Of a stretch of 64,000 nucleotides of DNA, positions 33,412-43,560 are shown piece after piece. This DNA is from an uncultured Nitrospiraceae bacterium. Its GTDB lineage: Bacteria > Nitrospirota > Nitrospiria > Nitrospirales > Nitrospiraceae. The notes beneath the pieces were generated by a model. The model was given only the letters and a program-made list of their open reading frames with translations, was not told the origin of the DNA and searched no databases. Both the position numbers and the translations under genes were made by a program. Position 1 is the first letter of the stretch, and every line of letters starts with the position of its first letter. The DNA lies in contig CAVPLT010000007.1 of assembly GCA_963706325.1 (NCBI GenBank), positions 544,001 to 608,000 of the forward strand. The letters run 5' to 3'.

Positions 33412-34739
33412 ATCGGTTAATCATCGGTCTTATGTTAGCACTCTGTGTCGTGGTGGGAGCTGGGCTGTTAGGAATTCTTGATTCCCGCGCGACCGATGTG
33501 TTTCTCGAAGCCACCCGGCCGGACTTTCAGAAGATTCCCATCGGCGTGTTCGGCTTTCAGAACGGCGGAGGCCCGGAATGGTTGGGCGGGCGTATCGAAG
33601 AGGTCCTGAAGGCCGATTTGCAACGATCGCTGGTCTTTTCGCTGGTGGACTTGCCGGGGATCGGGGTCAAGGCGCGTGAAGTCACCACCGCCGATAAGGC
33701 CGTCTTCAAGCAGGCGGCCGAGAACGGTGTCTCGGTCTTGGTGTGGGGAAAGTCTGGCCCGAAGGGTGGCAACGCGGATTCCGAACTTTCGATGGATGGT
33801 TTTGTCTACGACAGCGGCAGTGACGAAGTCGTGGGCGGAAAACGGTATGTCGGCTCAACCTCTGTCGTGCGATTGATGGCCCACCGGTTTGCCGACGAGT
33901 TAGTGTTTCGCTATACAGGGGAGCCTGGCATCGCCCGCACGAAGATTGTGTATGTGGCGGAGCACGGGAATGCACGCGAACTCTTCGTGATGGACTATGA
34001 TGGGTATGAGCCGAAACAAATTACGGCGGATGGATTTCTCAATCTGATGCCGAGATGGTCGCCCGATCGCCGGTTCATCGTCTTTACGGCCTATCGGAGT
34101 CGGAACACGCAGGATATCGACATTCTGGAGCTGGCGACAGGCAAGCGCTGGACACTCGTTTCAATGGCGGGTCTAAATATCACCCCCGCCCTTTCGCCTG
34201 ATGGCAACTTTCTGGCGTTTGCCAGTAGTCAAGACGGTAATTCGGAGATCTATAAGCTAGACACGCGGACCAAGGCCTCGCATCGGCTGACAGTGAATCA
34301 GGGGGGCGACCTGTCGCCGACCTGGTCCCCCACGGGCCGGGAAATGGCGTTTACCTCCGACCGTGGCGGCGCCCCCCAGATATTTATTATGAGCGCGGAT
34401 GGCTCCAATGTGCGTCGACTGACCTATGAAGGCGATTACAATGCGGCCCCAACCTGGTCGCCGCGCGGAAACTGGATTGCCTACGTCTGTCGGACCTCGC
34501 AACGGTTGTACAAACTTTGTATCGTGTCGCCTGACGGACAAAAGCGCGTTCAAGTCACCACAGGGCCTGGGATCGACGATTCTCCATCCTGGTCCCCCGA
34601 TGGCCGGCACATCACATTCAGTTCAACGGTCGATGGAAAGAGCCACATTTACATGGTGGATACGGACGGGAAGAATTTAGAGCGCATTACGTTCGGCGGG
34701 ACTCACAATAGCTCGCCGTCGTGGTCTCCGGCGCTCTAG
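33408..34739 (+). CDS. tolB: Tol-Pal beta-propeller protein TolB
   Basis: AHRFAD, MDYDG, repeated PxWSPDG (PD40) repeats. Confidence 0.93.
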   Translation: MNRLIIGLMLALCVVVGAGLLGILDSRATDVFLEATRPDFQKIPIGVFGFQNGGGPEWLGGRIEEVLKADLQRSLVFSLVDLPGIGVKAREVTTADKAVFKQAAENGVSVLVWGKSGPKGGNADSELSMDGFVYDSGSDEVVGGKRYVGSTSVVRLMAHRFADELVFRYTGEPGIARTKIVYVAEHGNARELFVMDYDGYEPKQITADGFLNLMPRWSPDRRFIVFTAYRSRNTQDIDILELATGKRWTLVSMAGLNITPALSPDGNFLAFASSQDGNSEIYKLDTRTKASHRLTVNQGGDLSPTWSPTGREMAFTSDRGGAPQIFIMSADGSNVRRLTYEGDYNAAPTWSPRGNWIAYVCRTSQRLYKLCIVSPDGQKRVQVTTGPGIDDSPSWSPDGRHITFSSTVDGKSHIYMVDTDGKNLERITFGGTHNSSPSWSPAL

Positions 34740-34808
34740 GAATGATCGGCACATATCTGACGGTGTCTCCGATAAATTAACCAATCACCAGCCACGAGGA
34801 GTAACGAC

Positions 34809-35580
34809 ATGACGATACGGGTAGCGACAATGGGCCTAACAGTGGTCGTCGGGATGCTGTTGGTCATTCAAGGAGGTTGTTCAAAGAAGTCGATTCAGTC
34901 CGGCGGCGATGCGCAGTCTTCGGATCGCGGGATGGCGAAGTCGGGAGGTCCTGCTCCCAGCGCGATGGGTTCAATGGGATCAACCGGGTCAGCCGGTGGG
35001 AATGGCTTCGACGCGCCGAGCGCCACGTTCCCGGATCTCTCACTGTCAAGCAAGCCGCAGGATGAACCTGAGAGTGGCGGTTTGCGCGGATTTGATTCGG
35101 TATCGGGCGGGAAAGTCGCCATCAGAGGAACGCTTGGGAGGCGGAGGCACGATGCTCGCGAAGGTGGAGCCGTCGGAGAGCACCGCACGACAGATTGAAG
35201 ACATTCGCCGCGAGCAGGCGAAAGAACAAGCAGCCTCGGCGGAGGCCGGATTGAGCGATGTGTTTTTTGGCTACGACAGTTGGACCATCACCGAGGAAGG
35301 CCGGCACTCGCTGACGCAAGATGCGCAGTGGATTAAGGGGAATGCCGGAGCCCTGGTCAAAATCGAAGGTCATTGTGATGAGCGAGGCACCTTGGCCTAC
35401 AATTTAGTGTTGGGTGAAAAACGTGCCAAGGCCGTAAGAAACTATCTCGTCGAATTGGGTGTGGGCGCTAACCGCCTGGCCGTGGTGTCCTATGGAAAAG
35501 AACGACCGTTTTGTAACGAACGCAGCGAAAGCTGCTACCAACAGAATCGTCGTGGTCACGTGGTGGTCCGATCGAAATAA
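34809..35580 (+). pseudogene. pal: Peptidoglycan-associated lipoprotein Pal with a long linker; single frameshift near 35113
   Basis: Lipobox GGC in frame 1; OmpA domain VFFGYD, IEGHCDERGT..YNL.LGEKRA, SYGKERP, NRR in frame 2; extra A in GGGAAAG. Confidence 0.88.
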
Positions 35581-35645
35581 CTATTCGGATCATGGACGAT
35601 GTGACATGATTCTCCGGAACGGGCGCAGCTCAAGGGAGACTTGTC

Positions 35646-37340
35646 ATGGACTGTGCATGGAGACCTCGAACTAAGGTGAAGAGTGATCGGTTGAACATAG
35701 ACTCTGCAGGGTCAGGTGGTCACGGGCTCTGGCGCGCGGCTGTTCTGTCGGCGGTCGTCGGGCCTGGTCTCGCGCTGCTCTCAGGCTGCGTGGCGCAGCA
35801 GGCCGATCTCAAGCAGACCGAGCGTGAGCTCCAACGTCGCATCAAGCAAACGACGGAAGAGCAAGCCCAGAACCGGGCTCGACAAAATCAGGAGATCGTA
35901 TCCCTGCGCGAGCAAGACATTCCTTCCTTGCGAGGAGACGTCGATAAAGCCATCCATCGCACGCAGAGTTTGGAAGCGAAACAAGATGACTTGATGGCGA
36001 AGTTGGCCTCTCAAGATTCGAAGCTCAGCCAGCGAATGGGCGAGGGCGAGAAACGTTCACTCGAAGAGAGTAAGCGACTGGGGTGGGTCGAAAAGCAGTT
36101 GGTAGACCAAGATGCCATGCTCAAGGGAGAGCGAGACCGCAGCCGCTCCGAACTGGCTGCGACGACCTCTCGCATGGATCAAGTCGCCGCGCATATCGAC
36201 GCCGTTCAGAAAAACCTGTTGGACGCGGTGCAAAAGACCACGACCGGGCTTGCGCAAAAGATCGACTCGCGGTTGGACGACCAGCAGAAACGTCTGGACG
36301 AGCAGCAGAAGCTGGCGCATGCGCTTGAAACTCGCTCGCACAATGTGGCGCAGTTGGATGCTCAAAACAAGACGCTCGGGGATCAAGTGTCGAAGCTCAA
36401 TCAGGCATTGGTCGATTTTAAGCAAGCCTTGGGGAGCCTTGGCGAGCGTGTCGCGCAGCAGGACCAAACGGTGAAGCATCTCGCCGCGTCCGTGGACCAG
36501 GATACTACAGCCATAAGCAGACGCACGGATGCCTTGGCTGCGAAGATGGACGCCGATAATAAAGTCACGGCGGACCATCTCAACGAAGTCAACCGTAGTG
36601 TGACCTCGGTGGCGAAGGCGTTGGAGAATGCCGGTGGAAAGTTTGTGTCACGTGGTGATGATCAGGAACGCCGCCTCGATGAGACGACGCGCGAGCTGGC
36701 GCATGTTCAGGCCCAAATCCAAACTCTCGACAAGAACCTTGAAAATCAGCACGCGTTCCTGAAGCAGGTCGAACAACATCTCTCGACGCTTCGCGTCAAC
36801 GCCACGCAGCGGGCCGAACAGGCCTCAGCCGTGTCTGAAGTCGCGCCCCTTGCGCAAACGCATGCGATGCCTTCGCCGGAGCCGGCTCCGACGCAGACTC
36901 CGTCCAACGGCGGGGGGTTTCGTTCGGAGAGCCGTAGCGCTGCCTTACTGGCAGGAGATCGCGAATCCTACGAACGCACGCTGACTCGCTTTAAAGAAGG
37001 AGATCTGGACGGAGCCCGTCAGGGGTTTGCGGAGTTCCTCGTGCAACATCCCCATTCGGATCTGGCTCCCAATGCTCGGTTTTGGTTGGGCGAGTCCTAT
37101 TACGGCAAGAAGGATTACCCGCGTGCAATCGATGCCTACGATCAGGTGCAGCTGAATCATCCCGCCAGCGAAAAAGTGCCGGCTGCCCTCCTGAAAAAAG
37201 GATATGCGTACCTCGCGCTGAAAGATCGAAAGAGGGCGGCCTCGGCGCTGAAGCAAGTCATTGATCTGTATCCCAAGTCGCCTGAAGCCAATAAAGCGAT
37301 TGATAAGCTGAACCAATTAAAGGAGTCGCACGAACGATGA
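35646..37340 (+). CDS. CpoB/YbgF-like lipoprotein with a very long coiled coil and C-terminal TPR
   Basis: LLSGC lipobox, about 350 aa coiled coil, PHSDLAPNARFWLGESYY, KVPAALLK. Confidence 0.82.
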   Translation: MDCAWRPRTKVKSDRLNIDSAGSGGHGLWRAAVLSAVVGPGLALLSGCVAQQADLKQTERELQRRIKQTTEEQAQNRARQNQEIVSLREQDIPSLRGDVDKAIHRTQSLEAKQDDLMAKLASQDSKLSQRMGEGEKRSLEESKRLGWVEKQLVDQDAMLKGERDRSRSELAATTSRMDQVAAHIDAVQKNLLDAVQKTTTGLAQKIDSRLDDQQKRLDEQQKLAHALETRSHNVAQLDAQNKTLGDQVSKLNQALVDFKQALGSLGERVAQQDQTVKHLAASVDQDTTAISRRTDALAAKMDADNKVTADHLNEVNRSVTSVAKALENAGGKFVSRGDDQERRLDETTRELAHVQAQIQTLDKNLENQHAFLKQVEQHLSTLRVNATQRAEQASAVSEVAPLAQTHAMPSPEPAPTQTPSNGGGFRSESRSAALLAGDRESYERTLTRFKEGDLDGARQGFAEFLVQHPHSDLAPNARFWLGESYYGKKDYPRAIDAYDQVQLNHPASEKVPAALLKKGYAYLALKDRKRAASALKQVIDLYPKSPEANKAIDKLNQLKESHER

Positions 37341-38116
37341 AGTTCCCATGCGTGATGTCATTGCAGCTGGGCGCAGGGCTCGCCTGTGGTCTTCTTCTCG
37401 CAGGCTGTGCGAAACATGCCGATTTTTTAGAGATTCGTGAGCAGATGACGATCATTGCGAAGACACAGGACCAGGAGCAGAAGCGATTCGAGGCCATGCA
37501 GCGCCGGTTGGAATCACTTGAACGAGTTCGTGAGCCTGAAGGAGGCAAGCTGCGGCTTGATGATGCGCAGGCTCGACTTCAGAAGTTAGAAGGGCGTCTC
37601 GCGAAAATGGAGGAAGCACAACTCGCGCAATCGGCATCCATGCGTTCGGACCTCGCGATCGCCGAAGCAACTCGCCAAGCGCGCGCGACGAAGCCGGCCG
37701 GGCCGCTCGATCTGCCGTCGATTGTACCGGGTGTGCCGTCCATTACCCCGACTTCGGCCTTCAACTTGGCGTACAATGACTATCTCAACGGCAAGTTTGA
37801 CCTCGCCGTCAGCGGCTTCCAGCGTTTCATCAAGGACTTTCCCTCGACCTCGCTCACACCGAACGCGCATTATTGGCTGGGTGAGTCGTATTACGGCTTG
37901 AAGGATTATATCCGAGCGATACAGTCATTCGAGCATGTCGTGAATGAGTACGCGGGAAACGAAAAGGTGCCTGCGGCTCTCTTCAAGCTGGGCTTGTCAG
38001 CGGCGGAGACCGGGGATACGGCGAAATCCCGAAAGTATCTCAAGCGGGTCATTGAGGAATATTCCACCTCAGACGAAGCGAAACTCGCGAAGACGAAGAT
38101 GGCCGAAATTCGATGA
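37337..38116 (+). CDS. cpoB: Tol-Pal system protein CpoB (YbgF)
   Basis: LAGC lipobox, FPSTSLTPNAHYWLGESYY, KVPAALFKLG. Confidence 0.85.
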   Translation: MKFPCVMSLQLGAGLACGLLLAGCAKHADFLEIREQMTIIAKTQDQEQKRFEAMQRRLESLERVREPEGGKLRLDDAQARLQKLEGRLAKMEEAQLAQSASMRSDLAIAEATRQARATKPAGPLDLPSIVPGVPSITPTSAFNLAYNDYLNGKFDLAVSGFQRFIKDFPSTSLTPNAHYWLGESYYGLKDYIRAIQSFEHVVNEYAGNEKVPAALFKLGLSAAETGDTAKSRKYLKRVIEEYSTSDEAKLAKTKMAEIR

Positions 38117-38188
38117 CCCTGGATCCGTTGCCTCGTCTCCCCTCCACCGGTCCATCCTCCATCCACTCCGCAGGGGGCGTTTTCGCCG

Positions 38189-39988
38189 ATGGACACAGCC
38201 AGTAGTTTGGGAAAGATTCAAGTCCTTCCGCACGATGTCATCGGTCGGATTGCGGCAGGGGAGGTCGTTGAGCGCCCGGCTGCGGTCGTGAAGGAATTGG
38301 TTGAAAATAGCCTGGACGCGGGCAGTACCCTGATTACCGTCGAGATCAAAGACGGTGGCCTCGGATTGATTCGCATCACCGATGACGGCGAAGGCATGGT
38401 GCGCGCAGACGCCCGCCTGGCCTTCGAACGGCATGCTACCAGTAAATTGCAATCCGATCACGAGCTCAACGCCATCCGCACAATGGGGTTTCGCGGAGAG
38501 GCATTGCCGAGTATTGCGGCTGTTTCAAAAATCCGCCTGAAGACCGTGGCTCGCAACGAACAAGTGGGAACGCAGCTCTGCTTGACCGGAGGTACTCTCG
38601 ATCGAGTGGAGGATGCGGCGGCTATTCCCGGCACGTCGATTGAGGTCTCGGAGCTCTTCTACAACACGCCGGCTCGCAAGAAGTTTCTGAAGTCGACGAC
38701 GACCGAGTTCTCCCATATTAGTCATGCGGTGCAGCAGGCCGGGTTAGCTTGGCCGCAGGTGCATGTTCGCCTGGTTCACAATGGGTATGAGGTGTTCAAT
38801 TTTCCCGGCGTGTCCTCACATCGCGATCGCGTGTTACAGGTGTATCGCGCGGTATTCGGCGACCGAGCGTTGGTCGCAGAAGGCGAGCTCAATGGTCTGT
38901 CCGTCAAGGGGTTTATCATCGACCCGGTGCGGGCGCGAGCCGGCCGGGCCCCGCAGGATTTGTTCGTCAATCGCCGGCCGATCAAGAATGGTACTGTGCA
39001 ACATGCCGTCAATGATGGGTACAGTTCCTTCCTGGCCAAGGGTCATGTCCCGCTCTTTGTGCTGTTTCTTGATGTCGAGCCTCACCGGGTCGATGTCAAC
39101 GTGCATCCGGCCAAACGAGAGGTGCGATTTGCCGATGCGGAGCAGGTGCACCAGCTCGTTCGTTCGGCAGTGCGTCATGCGCTCGGTCGCGCTCAGGTGC
39201 AGGCCTCAATCGCTGGTTCCCTCCCTGCACAGGGGAACAGCCACGCTTCATCGGTCGTTCCTGCCTATCGAGAGGGCGGCGTCGTGCGCTTGGGCGGAGA
39301 ACGGGATCAATTGATCATCAGCTCGCAGGAGGCTGTTGGTTCCACAGCCTCTGCCGACAACCAGAGCTCCTTTGTCAGAGAGGCTACGCGTCCGTATGAC
39401 GCTTCCGTGCCGCCGCACATCGTGCCCCTGGGTCAGATGAGTCGCACGTTTTTGATCGTGCAGGTCGGAAATGAGCTCCAGGTGATCGACCAGCATACGG
39501 CACACGAACGGGTGTTGTTCGAACGGTTATGGCGAGGCTGGCAGGGTCGAAGCCTACCGTCACAGCCGTTGTTGTTGCCTGAGCCATTGGAGTTGCCGAT
39601 TCAACAGGCCCTCATTCTCCAGCGACACATGGCAGGATTGGAACGACTTGGTTTGCTGATCGAACCGTTCGGACCGTCGTCATTTCTGATCCGTAGCCTG
39701 CCGGTCATGTTGGGACATACGGATCTGGCCGCGCTTGTGCAGGATTTGATCGAAGATCTGGAGCAATGGGATTCCATCTCCTCGCTCGAATCCAAGGTGA
39801 AGCCTATTCTGGCGTCGCTAGCCTGCCACGGAGCGGTGCGCGCCGGCAGGTCAATGGCGCTCCCCGAGATCGAGCAATTGGTACAGGACTGGGTGGCGGA
39901 AGGCCTCATCATGACCTGTCCGCATGGCCGCCGAGTTGCCTTCCGTTTATCCGGCGATGAACTGGCTCGCATGTTCGACCGCGCGTAG
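38189..39988 (+). CDS. mutL: DNA mismatch repair protein MutL
   Basis: IAAGEVVERP, KELVENSLDAG, GFRGEAL, DVNVHPAK, DQHTAHER endonuclease motif, CPHGR. Confidence 0.96.
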   Translation: MDTASSLGKIQVLPHDVIGRIAAGEVVERPAAVVKELVENSLDAGSTLITVEIKDGGLGLIRITDDGEGMVRADARLAFERHATSKLQSDHELNAIRTMGFRGEALPSIAAVSKIRLKTVARNEQVGTQLCLTGGTLDRVEDAAAIPGTSIEVSELFYNTPARKKFLKSTTTEFSHISHAVQQAGLAWPQVHVRLVHNGYEVFNFPGVSSHRDRVLQVYRAVFGDRALVAEGELNGLSVKGFIIDPVRARAGRAPQDLFVNRRPIKNGTVQHAVNDGYSSFLAKGHVPLFVLFLDVEPHRVDVNVHPAKREVRFADAEQVHQLVRSAVRHALGRAQVQASIAGSLPAQGNSHASSVVPAYREGGVVRLGGERDQLIISSQEAVGSTASADNQSSFVREATRPYDASVPPHIVPLGQMSRTFLIVQVGNELQVIDQHTAHERVLFERLWRGWQGRSLPSQPLLLPEPLELPIQQALILQRHMAGLERLGLLIEPFGPSSFLIRSLPVMLGHTDLAALVQDLIEDLEQWDSISSLESKVKPILASLACHGAVRAGRSMALPEIEQLVQDWVAEGLIMTCPHGRRVAFRLSGDELARMFDRA

Positions 39989-40007
39989 GGAGAGGGAGTG
40001 AAGCCCC

Positions 40008-41039
40008 GTGATCCAGATCTCAGAATTGGTCTTGGTTTCGCGGCCGCTTGTGGTACTGGTCGGTCCGACGGCGGTTGGGAAAAGCGCGATTGGACTTCAG
40101 CTCGCCCGTTCGCTGGACACGGAAATCTTGACTGCAGATTCGCGGCAAGTCTATCGCGGGATGGACGTGGCCACCGACAAACCCACATTGGAGCAGCGGG
40201 CAGGGGTGGCTCACCGGCTCATCGATGTGGTCGATCCGGATGAGTCCTTTAATGCGGGCGACTATCGCCGGCTTGCGCTGCAGGACATTGAACGGCTCTA
40301 TGGCGAACGCCGATTGCCTTTGGTCGTCGGTGGGACGGGCCTCTATGTTCGGACGCTGATCCATGGACTCTGCGATGCCCCGCCTGCCGACCAGGCCTAT
40401 CGCGCATCTTTGTTGGAGGCAGCGAAGACGCACGGACGGCATTTTCTCCACGGTGAACTGACGCGTATTGATCCCGAGTCGGCTGAGAGGCTTCATCCCC
40501 ATGACGAAGTCAAGATCATGCGAGCCCTTGAAGTGCATCACCTATCAGGGCGTCGCCTGTCTGAGATGCAGCGGCAGCATCGGTTTTCGGAGCGACCCTT
40601 CTCTTTACTCATGTTCGGTTTGATTCGGGATCGCGCCTGTCTCTACCGAAAAATCGATGAACGAGTAGATCAAATGTTTGATCGCGGCCTCGTAGAGGAA
40701 ACCGCCGGGCTGTTGGCCAAAGGCTATGGGCGGGAGCTAGGCGCCATGAAGGGGCTGGGGTATCGTCAGATTGCCGGTTATCTGGCCGGCGAATACGATC
40801 AGGCCGAAGCATGCCGCCTATTGAAGCGGGACACGAGGCACTTTGCGAAACGTCAGCTCACCTGGTTTCGGAAGGAGCCGGGCCTTCGCTGGTGGCCGCT
40901 TCACGCGCGAGACAGGCCGGACCTGGTGGCCGGGCGCCTTTTCGAAACAGTTCAAGCGTTTATAGGAGAGTTACATAACCGAGGGCCGGTGGCCGAGTCG
41001 CCGATGTCACTCACAATGGAAACGGAATCGACCGCATGA
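40008..41039 (+). CDS. miaA: tRNA dimethylallyltransferase
   Basis: GPTAVGKS, DSRQVYRGMD, VGGTGLY, TRHFAKRQLTWF. Confidence 0.96.
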   Translation: MIQISELVLVSRPLVVLVGPTAVGKSAIGLQLARSLDTEILTADSRQVYRGMDVATDKPTLEQRAGVAHRLIDVVDPDESFNAGDYRRLALQDIERLYGERRLPLVVGGTGLYVRTLIHGLCDAPPADQAYRASLLEAAKTHGRHFLHGELTRIDPESAERLHPHDEVKIMRALEVHHLSGRRLSEMQRQHRFSERPFSLLMFGLIRDRACLYRKIDERVDQMFDRGLVEETAGLLAKGYGRELGAMKGLGYRQIAGYLAGEYDQAEACRLLKRDTRHFAKRQLTWFRKEPGLRWWPLHARDRPDLVAGRLFETVQAFIGELHNRGPVAESPMSLTMETESTA

Positions 41040-41935
41040 AAACATCGAAAAAAGCTGTCGAGCCCGCGATCGGCATCATCGGCGGCAGTGGATTGTACAA
41101 CATTGACGGGTTGAAAAAGGTTCGCGAGATGCGTGTCCGCACCCCATTCGGCGCGCCATCGGATGCGCTGGTCGTCGGCACCTTGGATGGTGTCAGGGTT
41201 GCATTTCTTTCCCGCCATGGACGTGGGCATCGGACCAATCCCAGCAGTATCAATTACCGCGCCAACATCTATGCATTGAAATCTGTCGGCGTGACGCAGG
41301 TGATCTCCGTCAGCGCGGTCGGCAGCATGAAGGAGTCGATCCACCCCGGGAACGTCGTGCTGCCTGATCAGTTCATCGATCTCACTAAACGCCGGATCTC
41401 GACCTTTTTCGATGAAGGCATCGTGGCGCATGTGGGGTTCGCTGAACCGGTCTGCCGATCATTGGCTGATGCGCTGGAACGGGCGGGGCGGTCAGCGGGA
41501 TCGAGTCTCCAGCGAGGCGGAACCTATGTGTGTATGGAAGGCCCGCAATTTTCGACCAAGGCCGAGTCGCGGCTGTATCGTCAGTGGGGGGTGGATGTGA
41601 TCGGCATGACCAACATGCCGGAGGCTAAACTCGCGCGCGAAGCGGAGCTCTGTTACGCGACGGTTGCGCTCGCGACGGACTATGACTGCTGGCATGAGAC
41701 GGAAGAAGCCGTGAACGTCGAAGCCATTCTCGCGACACTGCACAAGAACGTCGAGCTCGCCAAGCAGTTGCTCAAGGCTGTCGTGCCGGCGCTTGTGCCA
41801 GATCGGACCTGTCAGTGTCGCCAGGCGCTCAAGAACGCGCTGGTCACCGCTCCGGATCACATCCCGGCTTCGACGAAACGACGATTGAATCTATTAATCG
41901 CTCCCTACATGGGGAAGCGGAAAGAAAGCAGGTGA
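41036..41935 (+). CDS. mtnP: S-methyl-5'-thioadenosine phosphorylase
   Basis: GIIGGSG, TPFG.PS, RHG.GH, EGPQFSTKAES, GMT..PEA, TDYD. Confidence 0.93.
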   Translation: MKTSKKAVEPAIGIIGGSGLYNIDGLKKVREMRVRTPFGAPSDALVVGTLDGVRVAFLSRHGRGHRTNPSSINYRANIYALKSVGVTQVISVSAVGSMKESIHPGNVVLPDQFIDLTKRRISTFFDEGIVAHVGFAEPVCRSLADALERAGRSAGSSLQRGGTYVCMEGPQFSTKAESRLYRQWGVDVIGMTNMPEAKLAREAELCYATVALATDYDCWHETEEAVNVEAILATLHKNVELAKQLLKAVVPALVPDRTCQCRQALKNALVTAPDHIPASTKRRLNLLIAPYMGKRKESR

Positions 41936-41938
41936 GGC

Positions 41939-42856
41939 ATGGGTAAGTTACTCGTGGTGGGGTCGGTCGCGTTGGACACGGTCAAAACACCGTTCGGCGA
42001 GGTGTCCGAAGTCCTCGGAGGTTCAGCGACTTACTTCTCCACAGCAGCCAGCTATTTTACGAGCGTCGATCTGATCGCGGTCGTTGGAGAAGATTTTCCC
42101 GATCAACACGTCGCGTTTCTCAAAAGCCGAAAAATCGATCTGACTGGGCTCGAGCGTCGGCCGGGCGCCACCTTTCGTTGGAAGGGAGCCTATTCGCATC
42201 AATTGAACGAAGCGCAGACGCTCGACACGCGCCTGAACGTGTTCGAAACCTTTCGTCCGAAGATCCCAGCCCAGTACGCTTCGCCGGACGTGCTCTTTTT
42301 GGGAAACATCGACCCTGAATTACAGCTCGATGTATTGCAGCAAGTGAAGCGCCCGCCGTTAGTCGCCTGCGACACAATGAACTTCTGGATCAATGGCAAG
42401 CGAGACGCGCTCTGGAACGTCCTGAAACATATCGACATCCTCATCATCAACGACGGCGAAGCGCGTGCGCTGGGTGAGGATACGAATCTCGTCAAGGTGG
42501 CAAAGAAAATTCTCTCCCGAGGGCCCAAGCATTTGATCGTGAAGCGCGGCGAGTATGGTGTGCTCATGTTTAGTGACCAGCATATCTTCGGCGCGCCGGC
42601 CTTCCCCCTGGATGATGTTCGAGATCCGACCGGCGCGGGTGATACGTTCGCCGGTGGATTTCTAGGATATTTGGCGGCGACGGGAAACCGGTCGGCGGAC
42701 GCGATGCGGCAAGCTATCATCTTCGGAAGCGTTATGGCGTCATTTACCGTAGAAGCCTTTAGCCTTGACCGATTGAGAATCCTAGATTACAAAGAGATTG
42801 AGGTACGATTCAAAGAATTCAAGCGGCTCACCCATTTCGAGGACATCGGAGCATAA
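41939..42856 (+). CDS. PfkB family sugar/nucleoside kinase
   Basis: VGSVALD, GGSA, DPTGAGDTFAGG. Confidence 0.9.
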   Translation: MGKLLVVGSVALDTVKTPFGEVSEVLGGSATYFSTAASYFTSVDLIAVVGEDFPDQHVAFLKSRKIDLTGLERRPGATFRWKGAYSHQLNEAQTLDTRLNVFETFRPKIPAQYASPDVLFLGNIDPELQLDVLQQVKRPPLVACDTMNFWINGKRDALWNVLKHIDILIINDGEARALGEDTNLVKVAKKILSRGPKHLIVKRGEYGVLMFSDQHIFGAPAFPLDDVRDPTGAGDTFAGGFLGYLAATGNRSADAMRQAIIFGSVMASFTVEAFSLDRLRILDYKEIEVRFKEFKRLTHFEDIGA

Positions 42857-42900
42857 TGGTCAATCGCCCGGTTCAGGAACGATCGGTACAACGAGTGCAG

Positions 42901-43551
42901 ATGAGGAGTGCCTGCCGGCTCATGCTGTTGCTAGGACTCTGCATACTTTCCGGTTGCGCGAACGAAGAGAGTTTGCGCAAGTCGAAAGGGTTTTACCAGG
43001 AGGGGATTGCCCAACTGAACTCGGATCAACAGCAAGCCTATGTGTCCTTTCAGAAAGCCGTCAAGCTGAATCCCGATAATAAGGAGGCGCATTACGGACT
43101 AGGGCATATCTATTCCCTGCAGGGACGGTACAAGTTGGCCGAGGACGCCTTTCGCGAAGCCATTCGCATTGACCCCGACTACGCCGAGGCGCAGACCTAT
43201 CTCGGGCATATGTTGGTGAATCAGGATCGTTGGAAAGAGGCCATCACCGCCTACCGGCAGGCTCTCGGTAACCCATTGTATTCGACGCCCGATCTGGCAC
43301 GATTTCACTTGGGTAAAGCTCTCATGCATGAGGGTGATCTGCAGGGAGCGATGGAAGCGTTGGAAGATGCGACGACCGTCACGCCTCCGAACGTGCCTCC
43401 CGCGATGCTGCAGCTGGAACTGGCGCGTGTGTATCACAAGCTCGGGTTCGATGTCCGGGCCCGCGAGGCCCTCGCGAAAATTGCGACCCTGGATAAGAGC
43501 GGAGAACAGGCATCCGCGGCGCAAGAATTGCTCGGCAAGCTTAAACCATAG
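42901..43551 (+). CDS. TPR lipoprotein (PilF/PilW-like)
   Basis: LSGC lipobox, TPRs, NPLYSTP motif, synteny with rodZ; start 42856 or 42901. Confidence 0.75.
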   Translation: MRSACRLMLLLGLCILSGCANEESLRKSKGFYQEGIAQLNSDQQQAYVSFQKAVKLNPDNKEAHYGLGHIYSLQGRYKLAEDAFREAIRIDPDYAEAQTYLGHMLVNQDRWKEAITAYRQALGNPLYSTPDLARFHLGKALMHEGDLQGAMEALEDATTVTPPNVPPAMLQLELARVYHKLGFDVRAREALAKIATLDKSGEQASAAQELLGKLKP

Positions 43552-43560
43552 GCGGATACG

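Noticed and set aside
35105..35120. Programmed ribosomal frameshift in pal at GGGAAAG
   Set aside because: The heptamer is not in the X_XXY_YYZ register of the upstream frame and the shift needed is +1. A homopolymer insertion error near the indel-rich tol region is simpler.
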